From Octopus bimaculoides (taxonomy: Eukaryota): 64,000 bases of DNA. The position numbers and the translations under genes were made by a program. The stretch spans positions 36,782,057 to 36,846,056 of the forward strand of contig NC_069002.1 of the NCBI RefSeq assembly GCF_001194135.2, read 5' to 3'. The notes under the pieces were generated by a model. The model made no database searches. It saw nothing but the letters and a program-made list of their open reading frames with translations, and was not told where the DNA came from. Of this stretch, positions 12,711 to 26,867 are shown piece after piece; the first letter of the stretch is position 1, and every line of letters starts with the position of its first letter.

Positions 12711-14593
12711 CATATATATAAGGCGAAGGAAAAGAATACACGCACCCGGTGTTCAGGGTTAGGGCTACGCCGAAAACAGATATCTGTATATATCTGTGCG
12801 GTGCGTCTTTGTTTGTCATTAGACTGTGGCCATGCTGGGACACCGCCTTGAAAATTTTTTAGTCGAATGAATCCACCCCGGTACTTTTTCCTTTTTTTTT
12901 TGCTTTTAACTCTGGTACTTATTCTATCGATCACCTGCCGAACCGCTAGGTTATGAGAACGTAAACACACCAAAACTGGTTGTCAAACGGTGCTGAGGGA
13001 CACACATATATACGACGGCTTGTTTCAGTTTCCGTTTACCAAATCCACTCACAAGGCTTTAAGTGGGCTTGAGGCTATAGTAGAAGACACTTGCCCAAGG
13101 TGCCACATACTGGGATTAATTCCAGAACCATGTGGTTGGGAACCAAGCTTCCTACTATGCATATATTGTTAATGTATGTGCTCAGTATCCTTGTGCACAT
13201 GTATATGTGAAATCAGTGGTACCTCTGTGGCTGACTGGAAACTGTCAAACCGTCCACCCCATGCCAGCATGGAAAACAGATGATGATGAATATATACACA
13301 TACGATATATTTGTGTTTTCTGTCTATACGGTGTATGTATACATAAGTCTTGTGTATACACACACGTACACACGTCCTTATGTATATATGTATGTGTTGA
13401 AGTTTTAATGTTAAATTGGAATAATAGTTATTCTTTTCTTTGCTTGTACACAAAATAATTTACATGGTTTTTAGGAGGGGCATCCAGGTTGAGAAACTAT
13501 GCCAAAACAGACACTGGAGCCCAGTACAGTCTGCTCCCCACCGCCCCGTTACATCCTGTCAAACTGCCTCATAGCACATGGATGTTAAATGACAATAACA
13601 CATGTAAATATATTTTGTGTGTGTGGGTATGTATTGTATGGGTTCGTGTGTAAATATATATAAGGAGGTGTAATGGTAGTGGGTTCGATTCCCATAGTCT
13701 CTCCTGGCTAACGTTCTTGTTGTGAAGATACATGATCTAGTGGTTAGAGTGTTGCACTCCTGATTGAAAGATCATGGTTTCAATTCCTAGACCAGGTGGT
13801 GCATTGTGTTCTTTAGCAAAACACTTAATATCACTTTGACACCTGATGCATGGTAAACCTTGCACCTGTTCAGGCAACGTTGATTTGATGGAGTGAGCAA
13901 ATGTACAGCAGATACATTTGATTACTGACAACAAATGATCTGTGCAGGTTGTTCTGCAAAAGCTGAATACTCATCCGTCGTCTTCGACAAGAGAGTCCAT
14001 CACACACACAGTGTATGTATGAATTTATATTCTGAATGGATGAAAATAAAAAGAAGGCTGCTGTGTGTGTGTGTGTGTGTGTGTGTGTGTCTTCTATCTG
14101 TGTATTTGTGTCCCCAATCATGACATGGCTTGATAGTTGTAATCATACATCACCATAATACAAGAGGTGGTGGTGCTTCCAATCTTCGTGTGAAAACATG
14201 TCTGGCCATGGGTAAATATTACCTTACTTGGAAAAAGGTGAAAATGATCAACGGGAAGAACATCTTCATATAGGAAATCTGCCTCAGCAAATTTCGACTG
14301 ACCCAGACAAGCGATCATAGAAAAGTAGATGTTAAAGTGATGCAGATGAGATAGAGGGAGTGTGTCCCAGTTACTGTTTGTATATATAGATGCTGTATGT
14401 ACACTGTATGGATATATTTGTATATATATGTGTTTGCATATATTTTTACTTGCACATGCTGTGTAGATATTTTAATGTGTGTGTGATATATATATATATA
14501 TAAATTTATATAAATAAGGATAAGGTCATTATTTGAAATACCGATCTTATCAGGTGGCCAGCATGGGAATAAAAACCTTCAAAAGTAATAATT

Positions 14594-14823
14594 ATTTAAA
14601 ATTATAATTTAGGGTATCTAAGAGATATCACCACACTGGAAATAGCAGTCAAGACTTGACTCTAAAACCCCATTAAATGTTTATACAGCACCAGGAGAGA
14701 AGACAAAGAGACAAAATAAACTAGCAAAAAGAATTACTGGATAATTCCAGATCCTGGATTTCTGGCTCTGCATAAGAAATACTCTGCCTTCATCAATGGA
14801 GTATACTCAGAAAACACATAAAT

Positions 14824-14874
<51 letters not shown>

Positions 14875-15093
14875 CAACATACGATATACTTACATATACG
14901 AACGTATACATATACATAAGAGCCAGAAATCCAGCATCTGGAATTATCCAGTAATTTTTTTCCTAGTTTATTTTGTCTCTTTGTCTTCTCTCCTGGTGTT
15001 GTATGAACATTGAATGTGGTTTTAGAGCCAAGTTTTGACTGCTATATCTAGCATGGTGATATCTTTTAGATACCCTTAATTATAATTTTAAAT
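14594..15093. mobile_element. Foldback unit in intron 1 (arms 14594-14769 and 14919-15093, ~91% identical), probable Penelope-like remnant
   Basis: The arms align by hand with about 15 differences. The 149-nt spacer contains (TA)n. The right arm is truncated inside the hammerhead. Confidence 0.65.
14746..14800 (-). ncRNA. Hammerhead-like motif of a second family (C3U variant)
   Basis: The minus strand reads TCCA-TTGATGA-AGGC...GCCA-GAAA-TCCAGGA-TC-TGGA. Helix I is TCCA/TGGA, helix III is near-palindromic, and the cleavage triplet is AUC. Confidence 0.5.
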
Positions 15094-15417
15094 ATACACA
15101 TATACACATATACACACACACACACACACACATGCATACTATGAATGTCTTTCATCATACACACACATAGAGAGATGGACAGTCGTAGGCATAATATAAT
15201 AATCAAGTCATTACAGCTGTTTACAGCAATATTACACATATCATTTGTCACTTCCCTTCTGAAGGAAATGTTCTGTGCTCCATGAAAGTACTTCTGTATC
15301 ATGGTTCATTTTCCATTGCTTTTAATTGTTTGCATCTAATGTCATAATATCAATTATTCACAGGACACATTGAAACGGTTGTAATGATCTGATTATATCA
15401 AAATTAGTTAACAATTC

Positions 15418-16262
15418 CTGGAAATATATTCCAGACAACTTCCATGCTGCTGGCATGGGTTAAGCAGTTTGATAGGAGCTGGCAAACCAGAGGACTACAC
15501 CAGGCTTCATTGTCTGTTTTGGTATGTTTTCTATGGCTGGATGCCCTCCCTAATGCCAACCACTTTACAGAGTGTATTGAGTGCTTTTTATGTGGCACCA
15601 GCACCAGTGGGGTTGCCAAATAACTTGCAAGACAAAGACCTATGAGCTGGGAGACAGAGTGGTACTGAGGGAGGTGACTTTGTATCACTTGAGAGGTTAA
15701 AGTATAATAAAGGGATAAAGAAAGGTGTCTTGCTTTTCCAGTAGGCAAAGAAAGGAGAGATAAAAAGACAAATAGACAAAGAGAGAGAGAGAAATAGATG
15801 GTGTTGGAGATTCATTGCAACCTGCACATAGGGTACAGTGGGGGGAATATAAGTGGTACAGAGGGGATAGGAGCAAGGAAGTTTCATAATAGTGTAAGGG
15901 GAGATGAAGAGATGACTAGGAAGTTAGGCGAGAGAAATTGGAGTGGCTGGCAGATACATGAGGGAGAATGGCGGGGCCTGCAGCAGGTGGTGGGAAGGGT
16001 AAAGATGGGTCGTGGGGGGGTGTTTTGACAGAAGGCAGATTGTGTGTGTTTGAGAGGAGGACATGATTGCAAAGGCCATGTTTGTATGTTTGGCCACAAT
16101 TTTACTTAGCATGACATGTCTTCTCATGCCCAGCCAATCACCAGAGGCCTCAGTCCTTTGTCATCTCCTCTGTGAGGCTCAACATCTGAAGATCATTTCT
16201 CACCACTCCATCACACATCTTCCTGGGTCTACCTTTTCACAACTTCTCTCCACAATTTCCCC
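15418..16262 (-). mobile_element. 3' portion of an RTE-type LINE (decayed ORF C-terminus plus 3'UTR)
   Basis: Minus-strand 16262-16080 translates, with disruptions, to KGRPRKM..VVRNDLQMLSLTEEMTKD, the typical RTE C-terminus. It is followed by a purine-rich spacer and the shared 3' tail. Confidence 0.75.
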
Positions 16263-16427
16263 TTATTTGATATTCAAGTGAATTTTTTCTTGTAACCAAC
16301 TCACCCACTACTAGAGTGCCTTACTCTGATTAAGAAGTTAGATTTTAAGAACCTGAACTGTAGAAGCACTAACTTGGTGCCTATCCTTTGTATAAGCATT
16401 CTCATACACACAAAGTACATATGCATT

Positions 16428-16475
<48 letters not shown>

Positions 16476-16860
16476 GCTCCTTTCTTTTCTGGACAAGACA
16501 TCCACCAGGCTGGACATCATTTCTGTTACCTCCCAACATTTTTTCTTTTCTACTATTTTCTTCTCTTTATTCTATTACCTTTAAAAATTTCTCCCAGGCG
16601 TTACCCATTACAATTTGTCTTGGCCCAACGGCCCTTAATGTTTGTTTTCTTTGTACGTCCACTCTGTTGTTGTTTGTTCATTCGAAGCCCTAACTCTCCT
16701 CAAATTTTATATTTTAAAAATTTCTGGATGCTGCTTTCTTATGAAGTTTCTCTATTTTGTTGTTAAAAGCACGAAACAGAGAATAATAAAACAGTTGACA
16801 ACTGAGGAGGAGTTAGGCTTCTTTTGGTATTTTGTCCTGTACTTAATGTATATTTTTAGT

Positions 16861-16898
<38 letters not shown>

Positions 16899-18352
16899 GT
16901 AAATACATAGACTGTATGGATATATTAGTCTATGTGGTCCAACCCATGCCAGCATAAACAACACATTAAATGATAATGATGGTGTGTGTATGTATACATA
17001 TATTGTATGGTTGTGTTTGTGAACATGCACATACATTGCTTATAGATACATATATACTGTATGAATGTTAATGATGTCTGTTGAACCAGAAATGTGTCTA
17101 CAGCTGTTCTCTTGTCTCCACACAATCAGACTTTGGTTTTGTTAATGGCATATCAGTTTTGGAAATTCTTGATTTTGGGGATTATCTCTCCTCTTCATTT
17201 GGAGTTGATCCCAATTGCTACAAAGTGATGGATCTGCTTTGTCTGAAATGAGAGGATAATTTCAGTGAAAAAGAATGTGTCTTGTAGGAAATTTAAGGAA
17301 CTTTTATTGAAAACATGCCACTGACTGCTCTCAGTTATTTCCTTTTATTTAATTTCATTGTATATATTGTGTATATATATATATATATGTTAAAGCACCC
17401 ACGACACTCTCGGAGTGGTTGGCGTTAGGAAGGGCATCCAGCTGTAGAAACTCTGCCAAGTCAGATTGGAGCCTGGTGTTGCCATCCGGTTTCACCAGTC
17501 CTCAGTCAAATCGTCCAACCCATGCTAGCATGGAAAGTGGACGTTAAACGACGATGATGATGATGATGATGTATTTGTTCATTTGGTTTTACACCCATTT
17601 TTCCCATCCTGTCCCATGTTAGAAGAAACTTTGAACATTTTCTGTGGCCAGATGCTCTTCCTGTTGCCAACCTTTAGCATTTTGTTTAGAAATTGCATAA
17701 CACTCCTTAGTAGTTCATACAACTATATGGTCATTTCTCTAGTATGACATAAAGACTCCTAATAAGTGTTGCACAATCACTGAAGATTTAACAATGCAAT
17801 CAGATTCATTATGAAATGTAAGATGCTTTGAATATGCAAATTCCTGTTTCACTTTCATATGTTCTCTGTAAACTACACAATTGTAGATTCCCACCAAATG
17901 AAACTTTTGGATATATTAGAAGACACATGGTTATTTGTTGTCTAAATGATTGCACTACACACCCACGCAATACAGTTGTTAGGAAGTGGCCTGCAACAGG
18001 CTGGACAGAAAGAAAACTGAATTTTGAACCTGTTATTTCACATTCAGCGCTTAATGTGTGAATACGTTGTCAGTGAGACAAGAATTGTGATGGAGGAGGC
18101 ACCTTTGTTGGGCTGCACTAAAGTTCATCAGTTGGCCTTAATCTTGCCTTCCAGTATTATTAAGGCAGTGAACTTGCAGAATCCTTACTGTTGAATAAAA
18201 TGCAATATTTCTTCTGGTTTGAAATCCTGCTGAGGGGTCAATGAAATAAGTACCAGTTGAGTACAGGGGGTCAATATAATCAACTAACCCCCTTCCCCCA
18301 GTTTCAGGCCTTGTGCCTTTCATAGAAAAGGATTATTGTTGTTCTTACTAAG

Positions 18353-18530
18353 GTGAGTGAGCTAGCAGAGTTGTTAGCACACGAGACGAAATGCTTAGCT
18401 GCATTTCTTCCATCTTTGTTCTGAGTTCAGATTCCGCTGAGGTCAACTTTGCTCTTCATCCTTCTGGGGTTGATAAAATAAGTACCAGTTGTGTACTGGG
18501 GTTAATGTAATTGACTACCCCCTCGTCTTG
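18353..18530 (+). mobile_element. tRNA-derived SINE, family B (GTGAGCTAGCAGAGTTGTTAGCAC...AAGTACCAG)
   Basis: Recurrent motif with copies at about 12225-12320(-), 18160-18335, 21410-21480, 38290-38460, 42826-43030, 50790-50900 and 57820-57965. Confidence 0.8.
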
Positions 18531-20127
18531 TGTCTGTATCAAGCAGTTTTTATTATAGCTTCCCAACTATGTAGTTCCACTGCATGGTACCTTGGGCAAG
18601 TGTCTTCTATTGTCCTAGTCTGCTCAAAGCCTTGTGAGTTGACAGAGACTAAAGGAAGCATATCATATGCCTCTTCATTTTGACAGTGTGCAAATAGCTT
18701 AAATGAGGGTCACTCTGTTACAAGTGGTGTTATTTGTTAACAATCTGCCATGTGTGGATATGTATGGTCATTGGGGAAACGTCTTGCTTGGAAGGAGGGC
18801 AACAGAAAAGGCTTTCAGTCAGAGGGAATCTGCCTCAACAAATGGGCACCTACCGATTTGGATAAGGGGACATAAAAATGATGATATATACATATATATA
18901 AATATACATACACACGCACAGTTACATGTATCTGTGTATGGGTTTATATAGATAATAAATATACATGTATACGCGTGCGTGTGTATAATATATACTATTG
19001 TTCGGTATTGTGGACTGGCACTGTCAGTTATGACGACTAGTTTTCCAGTTGATGGTGAAATTTAGCGTACAAGTGGCTGAGTACTTACTCTACAGACAGA
19101 CAGACATACTTTTCAGGTAGTTCTCGGAGATTTAGCATCACACAGGATGTAACAAGACTAGCCCTTTGGATAACAGGTTCCACCCGTTTTTTGCCGGCTG
19201 AGTGAACTGGAACAACGTACACTCAAGGCCTCTGCGCCACCGGTAATCGAACCTTTACGATCGTGAACCGGATACCCTTTCCACTAAGCCACGCACCTTC
19301 AAGCTAGATGCATATTTTAAATCGTTTCAATAATCGCCAGGATAATCTCGATAATTGTATTCAGTAATGAGAATGGATGGCTCCTCGGTTTTTAAACCGT
19401 TGCTGGATTGTGTCAGAAATGAAACCTGGTGCATATAGGAAGTATATATATGGGCACACACACACACTCTCTCGCACACTTATGTAGATCGCGTCAATAA
19501 AAGTTGGAAGCTTGTATATTTAATATTAAGTTTTGTGTGGTTCTGCTGGCTTGGTCCGTACGGATTCTGTGTGTCTTTCATTCTTGGCGAAAAAGAAATA
19601 TTTAAATTTCAGACGCCTTTACAACTGTCATCCCTCGATGTCTGTGGCTGGTGATGCTCGTTGAGTGTTTGTAATGGTGGGAGTGTCTTAGATGATGAAG
19701 TAGATGAGTGAAGCTTTTAGCTCGTGGGGAGATATAATTTCCACTGTCGACTTGTCTGTGTGACTCATAACAAGTAGCAAACACACACACACACCTGTCT
19801 TGAATACATAGGCTGTAGCTGGTGTCGATAAGATTACGTGTGTGTGTGTATGTATCTATCTAATTAGATAGATAGATAGATAGATAGAGAGTAAGAGAGG
19901 GATCTAGAAATATGGATGCATTGACGTGAAGTGTGTGTGTGTATATATGTATACATATTACCTGGCGTGGGATTTGACTATGTATTATATATATATTGAT
20001 GATAGAGAAGTGTGTATGTATGTATATATAAATACATAGAGCTTGGTGAAACACGTTAGGTTATATGTACGGGGAAATGCATGTATGCCCTTTTTTTTTT
20101 TAGCTAGTATGTGTACATTCATTTATT

Positions 20128-20163
<36 letters not shown>

Positions 20164-20269
20164 CATACACTTGAAACAAACTGTTTTGATCCATACCCGT
20201 AACTCCCAAAATATGTGAGTGTCTGTTCGTTTGTCCACTCACTGGTGTGTATATATATATATATATATA

Positions 20270-20999
20270 NNNNNNNNNNNNNNNNNNNNNNNNNNNNNNN
20301 NNNNNNNNNNNNNNNNNNNNNNNNNNNNNNNNNNNNNNNNNNNNNNNNNNNNNNNNNNNNNNNNNNNNNNNNNNNNNNNNNNNNNNNNNNNNNNNNNNNN
20401 NNNNNNNNNNNNNNNNNNNNNNNNNNNNNNNNNNNNNNNNNNNNNNNNNNNNNNNNNNNNNNNNNNNNNNNNNNNNNNNNNNNNNNNNNNNNNNNNNNNN
20501 NNNNNNNNNNNNNNNNNNNNNNNNNNNNNNNNNNNNNNNNNNNNNNNNNNNNNNNNNNNNNNNNNNNNNNNNNNNNNNNNNNNNNNNNNNNNNNNNNNNN
20601 NNNNNNNNNNNNNNNNNNNNNNNNNNNNNNNNNNNNNNNNNNNNNNNNNNNNNNNNNNNNNNNNNNNNNNNNNNNNNNNNNNNNNNNNNNNNNNNNNNNN
20701 NNNNNNNNNNNNNNNNNNNNNNNNNNNNNNNNNNNNNNNNNNNNNNNNNNNNNNNNNNNNNNNNNNNNNNNNNNNNNNNNNNNNNNNNNNNNNNNNNNNN
20801 NNNNNNNNNNNNNNNNNNNNNNNNNNNNNNNNNNNNNNNNNNNNNNNNNNNNNNNNNNNNNNNNNNNNNNNNNNNNNNNNNNNNNNNNNNNNNNNNNNNN
20901 NNNNNNNNNNNNNNNNNNNNNNNNNNNNNNNNNNNNNNNNNNNNNNNNNNNNNNNNNNNNNNNNNNNNNNNNNNNNNNNNNNNNNNNNNNNNNNNNNNN
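20270..20999. other. Assembly gap (730 N); others at 8531-8673, 21777-21786 and 43221-43230
   Basis: Runs of N. The two large gaps abut (TA)n. Confidence 1.
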
Positions 21000-22043
21000 G
21001 AGTTAAATCTCTCTCCTGAATACTTGGGGTCGCACGAAGAAAGGTTATCAACGACAACTGTTTCCCATAATTATACATACACACGTATATATGCACACAT
21101 ATACACATTGTGTAAAATCTGTAAATTGATAAGCAATTAGTGACTAATTTGAGACGGTCAAAATACTCCCATTAATACATTTTCTTTTAATTTTTCTTTG
21201 TCAATGAGAATGTGTGATGTTCATCCGTTTCTTGTTTTATTGGTGACGTAAGTCATGAATTTTGAGATAAGCGATGGAAAAATGTTTGACACACAGCATT
21301 TAATAAGCTAGTGTGTGTATAAATATAATTTCTTATATATACACACTTACATATATCTAAATGTGTTGTGTGTTCTACATTAATTTTATAAGCTGTTGAT
21401 TTAGACATTGTTTTTACAATCATCGAGGTCGGCTTTAATTTTCATCCACCCGGGGTCGATAAAATGCACTACCTGTCAAGTAGTGAGGTCTATTCTAGCG
21501 ATTATTACTCACTTTCCCTTCATCTCTGCTCTTGTAAATTTACAGACATCATCATTATTATCCTCAACATTACATTTTGCCTCCATTGAAAGACATCTCG
21601 CGTGCATAACCACTTTGCTAGAAACAGCAGCGAATCTAACTTGACTTGCATTCCACTTTTTTTTTTGTTTTCTATTTGTGAAGGACTGAGAATAGTTTTA
21701 GTCTCAGATAAACAGAATAAAAGATTGGCTAGTCACAGCTGAATGCCTTTGATTATGTCTTCTGTGAGTCGTGTGTNNNNNNNNNNATATATGTATGTAT
21801 GTATGTATATATAGGCTAGGCGAAGGTAAATATGTCCGTGTGTGTGTGTATACACATTCAGATATTTCATTCTGGCCATGAAGTGTGTGTGTGTATGTAT
21901 TTTATTTATTAGTTGAAACTGATTCGTCACTCAAAGTGGATTACTTATAAAAGTAGTACTCAATGCAAAATTTCGAGTGTAGTGTTACATAGTGCAAAAC
22001 TATATATATATATATGTTATATTGTTATTATTTGTATATTCTC

Positions 22044-22122
<79 letters not shown>

Positions 22123-22319
22123 TCTGCGTAGTCATTCTGCTACCTAGAAACGGCAGCTAAATCTCCCTCGAACCACATCCTAACATCTTAAAAAAAGAAA
22201 AAAGGTGGCGGGGGAAGTAGACTTGACTTAACGTAATCTTTATACTGATTGTAAGGTTGGCTTGTTTGATCGCAAGGCTTGACCTGAGGCTTTTAAACAC
22301 CACCAACCACCAATTCTTG

Positions 22320-22864
22320 CTTCGTAAATGTCTTTATATATTTTCATATGTATAATGCGACTTGGTATATTTGTGTGGAAGGTGTCTTTTCCCCCTTTGC
22401 TTCGCTACCAACTTCGCCAAGTCTTTTGTTCGGTGTAAAGAACATGGCGGATAGTTTTTGGTTTTAGGATGGAAGTGTCGTCGTCTCGGCTCGTCTCGTC
22501 TCTTTTGGTCTCTCTTTTTCTTCGTCTTGCTCGCTGCTGAAAACATTTGGCTCTCTTTCCATTTATTACTGCTGAAATATATTATTATTATTTGCGTTCA
22601 CACACTCATCGCAGCTCTTAATGTTTTTGCATTGTTGAATATAAAACATTTCATTGTGACTCAGGACGGAGTGAAGAATTTACTTTCTGCTTCTTCCTGA
22701 AAATATTAAATTAAAGAAATAAAACAAAAGACGAGGCTGTCGTATATTTTTCTTAGTTTAATTGTATATACAACATATCTTTATACACGCTTTATTCTAT
22801 ATCAGATTGTGGGTATAACATTTTTTAAATATTATAGTGTAGGTGTATGTTTCACATTGTAAGT
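22320..22864 (+). promoter_or_regulatory. Second CpG-rich, promoter-like segment inside intron 1
   Basis: About 15 CpG in 22321-22620, non-repetitive. YY1-like AACATGGCG at 22441-22449. Possible donor ATT|GTAAGT at 22859. Confidence 0.4.
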
Positions 22865-22917
22865 CGTTTGTGTATTGTATACACACTGTAACGAGTATAT
22901 ATTATATATTGCAAGTA

Positions 22918-22974
<57 letters not shown>

Positions 22975-23276
22975 GAGAAAATACATAAACTCTGTACCTC
23001 TGTGTGTATGTGTTGTATGTGCACCCACAAATCTTTGGTTCTTAGTTTCGAATGAAATAAAAATGTGCCCGGGAAAAAATATGATACAAAAATAATTATC
23101 TTGACTTTTTAGACAATCGCTTCATTTGAATGGAAATGTTCGTTCTTTTTTTCTTTTCTTTTATTTACTGAAAATCTCAGAAGCGTTTCTCAGGAATAAA
23201 ATATAAGAATTCGCAAAAACAAAAACAAAAAAAACAGTCTAAATACTTCCAACTTTGTGCGTGTATAATATAGATA

Positions 23277-23328
<52 letters not shown>

Positions 23329-24159
23329 TACCCTTTAAACTTTGGCTCCTTCTCCCCTTTCTATCTTTTGTCTCTCTCTGGTGTCCTTCATTTTGTATAG
23401 TTTAGGGATGGATCTCATTTTTCTCTCATTGCTGTGATTTACGATATTATATAATTAGTTGTAATGGTTTTAATATCGATATTTTACCTGCTCTTCTCGA
23501 AATATGTGTGTGTGTGTGTATATTTCTAGATGGCTGTGTGGTAAAAAGTCTGCTTCCCAACCACACGGTTTCCTGTTCAGTCCCTCTGTGTCTATTGAAG
23601 TACCTTGGGGGTATTTGATATTCTTAGTTTTTTTCTCTCAGAAGTTAAAAAGAACAAATTTCAGAAAATTACTCAACATTTTCCTCGTAAAGATGTATCC
23701 CTTTGCAAAACTAGTCTGTAATTTCGAACACACATGCACCCACTATTATATATTAAGATATATGTTAATATTATATATATATGTAGGTAAAAATTGAACT
23801 TTAACACAAATGCTGTTAAATTTTTACCTGATACGAAAAGTTATTGTTTTATAAAATCATTTTAATGTCCACCTTTCAATGCTTGTATTGATCGAGCAGA
23901 ATTCCTTGAAGCAGATGTTTTTTTTTTATGGCCAGATCCCTTTCTTGTTGCCAACCCACACCTATTTGTAAGCATGGTAACATTTCCCTATGGTTAGGAA
24001 TATGTCTTGTGGATTGGGAACAAACAGAGACACGCTCACTTAACATTCTAATTAGCAGAACTCACTCAAGGGCTAGGAGTTTTATTAATGGCATTTTAAG
24101 GGTCCATACATGAAACTTTTGGCCCTCGAGTCACTAAGTAACATCTGCCAATTAATTTT

Positions 24160-24460
24160 CGAGCGAGATCGTTGCCAGTGCCCCTGGACTGGCTCTTGTG
24201 CAGGTGGCACATAAACTACACCATTTTGAGTGTGGCCGTTGCCAGTACCGCCTGACTGGCCTTCGTGCGGGTGACACGTAAAAGCACCCACTACACTCTG
24301 AGTGGTTGGCGTTAAGAAGGGCATCCAGCTGTAGAAACTCTGCCAAATCAGATTGGAACCTGGTGTTGCCATCCGGTTTCACCAGTCCTCAGTCAAATTG
24401 TCCAACCCATGCTAGCATGGAAAGCGGACGTTAAACAACGACGACGATGATGATGATGAT
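24160..24460 (+). mobile_element. RTE-related 3'-tail element ending GGAAAGCGGACGTTAAAC(GAT)n
   Basis: Highly similar copies at about 1631-1795(-), 4996-5275(+), 6443-6720(-), 17390-17570(+) and 59470-59665(+). Confidence 0.8.
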
Positions 24461-26836
24461 CATATATAATATACGCACATACAGATATGACTAGTTGAGA
24501 GGCTTGCTTCTCAACTATGTAATGTTTGGTTCAGTCCTATTGCAGAGCACGTTGGATAAATGGTTTTTATACCCCCAGGCCAGCTAAAGCCTTGTAAGTA
24601 GATCTGATAGATGGAAACTGAAAGAAGCCTGTCATACATTTGTGCTTGTGTGTGGAGGGGATGTATGTGTCTACTCACGCCCAGACATTATACATGATGG
24701 TTGTAAATGAGTGTCTGTCATACAAGTGAGGGTTGGTGACAGAAAGGGCATGCAACCACAGGAATTCTCTACCTCAAGATCCATGCAAGCATGAAAAAGT
24801 GGATATTAAAATGATGATAAATGATACATGTATGTTATTAATGTTTGTTTTTATGTCAAGTTCATCATCATCATCAATAAAAAAAAAACTGTTTAACATT
24901 AAACTGGAGGATCAATTCATACTTTTAGTAGATTATTTGTTCATTAAATTTTTTCTGGGAAAATTACATATATCTGCTTTAATAGTTAGTCATTTGTGTA
25001 ATTACTCAAGGATATCAACCCAGTTCAGTTTGGTATTATTTGTCAACACCTCGTGGGTTAGTAACATTTTTATCAAAAAGAGTAATTTTAATGTTCATAT
25101 TAGGCAACGCCATATCATTTTTTGATGTTTATGGTGTCTACGGTTATATGTGAAATGAAATGGTCCCTGGGCTTCTGTTAATTTTAGGATGCAACTGATC
25201 TAACCATTTGCTGTATTACTTCAGTAAATTAGTCAAGCACTTGAGGGTTCATCATTCAGAAGAATATATAAACCAGACAGACTTGGTACTAACCAGGAAA
25301 TGAGGTAGGCATGGAAATAGTAACACTCCTGATACACTGATGGTCAGGAAGATCTGGACAGAAGCCAGAGGTACAGGACAATCCAGAGAAGGAAGTTAGG
25401 GAAGTAAAAAAAAACTTAGATGTAACTTCAAAGAAACAACATGTCTAGTGATGAGGTGGAGATTGACTTACAACATACTGGAGCTGAGTTACAATTGACA
25501 GGCTTAATTCTTGTAAATTCTATATCAAAGCCTGTCACTTAACACTTGTTTTTGTTGAAGGGCTATTAGTTTACCTCTCTGTTGTTGTCTTTTGTTGGCA
25601 CTTTCTATCTATTATGGGTAGTCAAGTCTCAGCAGCTAGTGGTTTGTGAATTCAATTTGTTTGATGTTTAACAACTTGATCAATTATGGTGTCACAACCC
25701 CATTTGTTCATTTTTGGTGGTTTATTGGTGTAAATAGTGAACTTATTGAACCTTGCTACATTTTGGTCTCCCTTATTTCCTTCACTCACTTTCGTTTGTA
25801 AGTGGCTTCCATCTTTGTAACAGCAGCATTGCTATGCCATTATTTGTATAATGGACTGTTTAAGAAACTCTTTTGGATGAAGGGTCTACTATCTTTACAA
25901 ATGTATGTTGCTATGCATTGCACTGAAATGTAAGTAGTTAGGATATTTTATATCCCAGTACATCTTCATCCTCTGGGTCATTTCTGAACTTTTTGTTAAT
26001 TAGTGCAGATAATTATTCTTCAATTCAAAACTCCACTGGAAATTGTCTTGTTCTGCATCTTTGCAAAAGTTGACTCCCATTTTCTGCTTAGCCATGGCAT
26101 GTATAATATTTGTGTTATTTAGTTCAGTCTTACTGCTTGATAACTGATATAGTCTTCAGGAAACATTTTTTGCATTTATTCAAAGATAACCATTTTCTTT
26201 TTCTTATCCAGGCTTTTATTTGTGGCAAAAGTTTAAAGAATAGTATTCAGTACATAAAATGTAGATAGTTGGATAGTTCCCTCTGTTGATATGACCAATG
26301 TATTACTATGTGATTTAGATCAAGTACTGGAAGTCATGTTTGCAGAAACATGCACCAACATGTTTTTGTCTTTATATAGATTGATATAAAGAAGCATTTA
26401 TAGGTAAGGGCATAGCTGTGTACTAAAATTTACTTTGTAACCATTTAAGTTTCAAGCTCTATCTTACTGTGTGGCACTTAGGACGAGTGTCTTCTTTTAA
26501 AGCTGTGGACTGAACAATATCATGTCAGTGAAATTGGTTACAACTGCACAGAAGCTTGTCATGTGAATGTGTGTGTGTGGGCATGTTTCCCTCGTGTCTG
26601 CATTGACACTGTTTGGGTAATAGTGATACATTTGCATTTCCAGCAGAGTAAAAAACAAGGGTTGGCAACAGGAGGAGCATCTGACGAGAATAGTGCCTCA
26701 ATAAGTGATGATATCTTTTACATGTTCCTGTCATCAGATTGTGGCCATGGGGCACTGCCTCAAAGAATTTTAGTTGAATGAATTGACCCCAGTACTTTAA
26801 AGCCTGATACTTATTCTACTGGTCCCTTTTATTATT

Positions 26837-26867
<31 letters not shown>

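Noticed and set aside
20215-21140. Long ORFs in the track (263-297 aa) and those at 8453-8876
   Set aside because: They run through N gaps and (TA)n and are artefacts.
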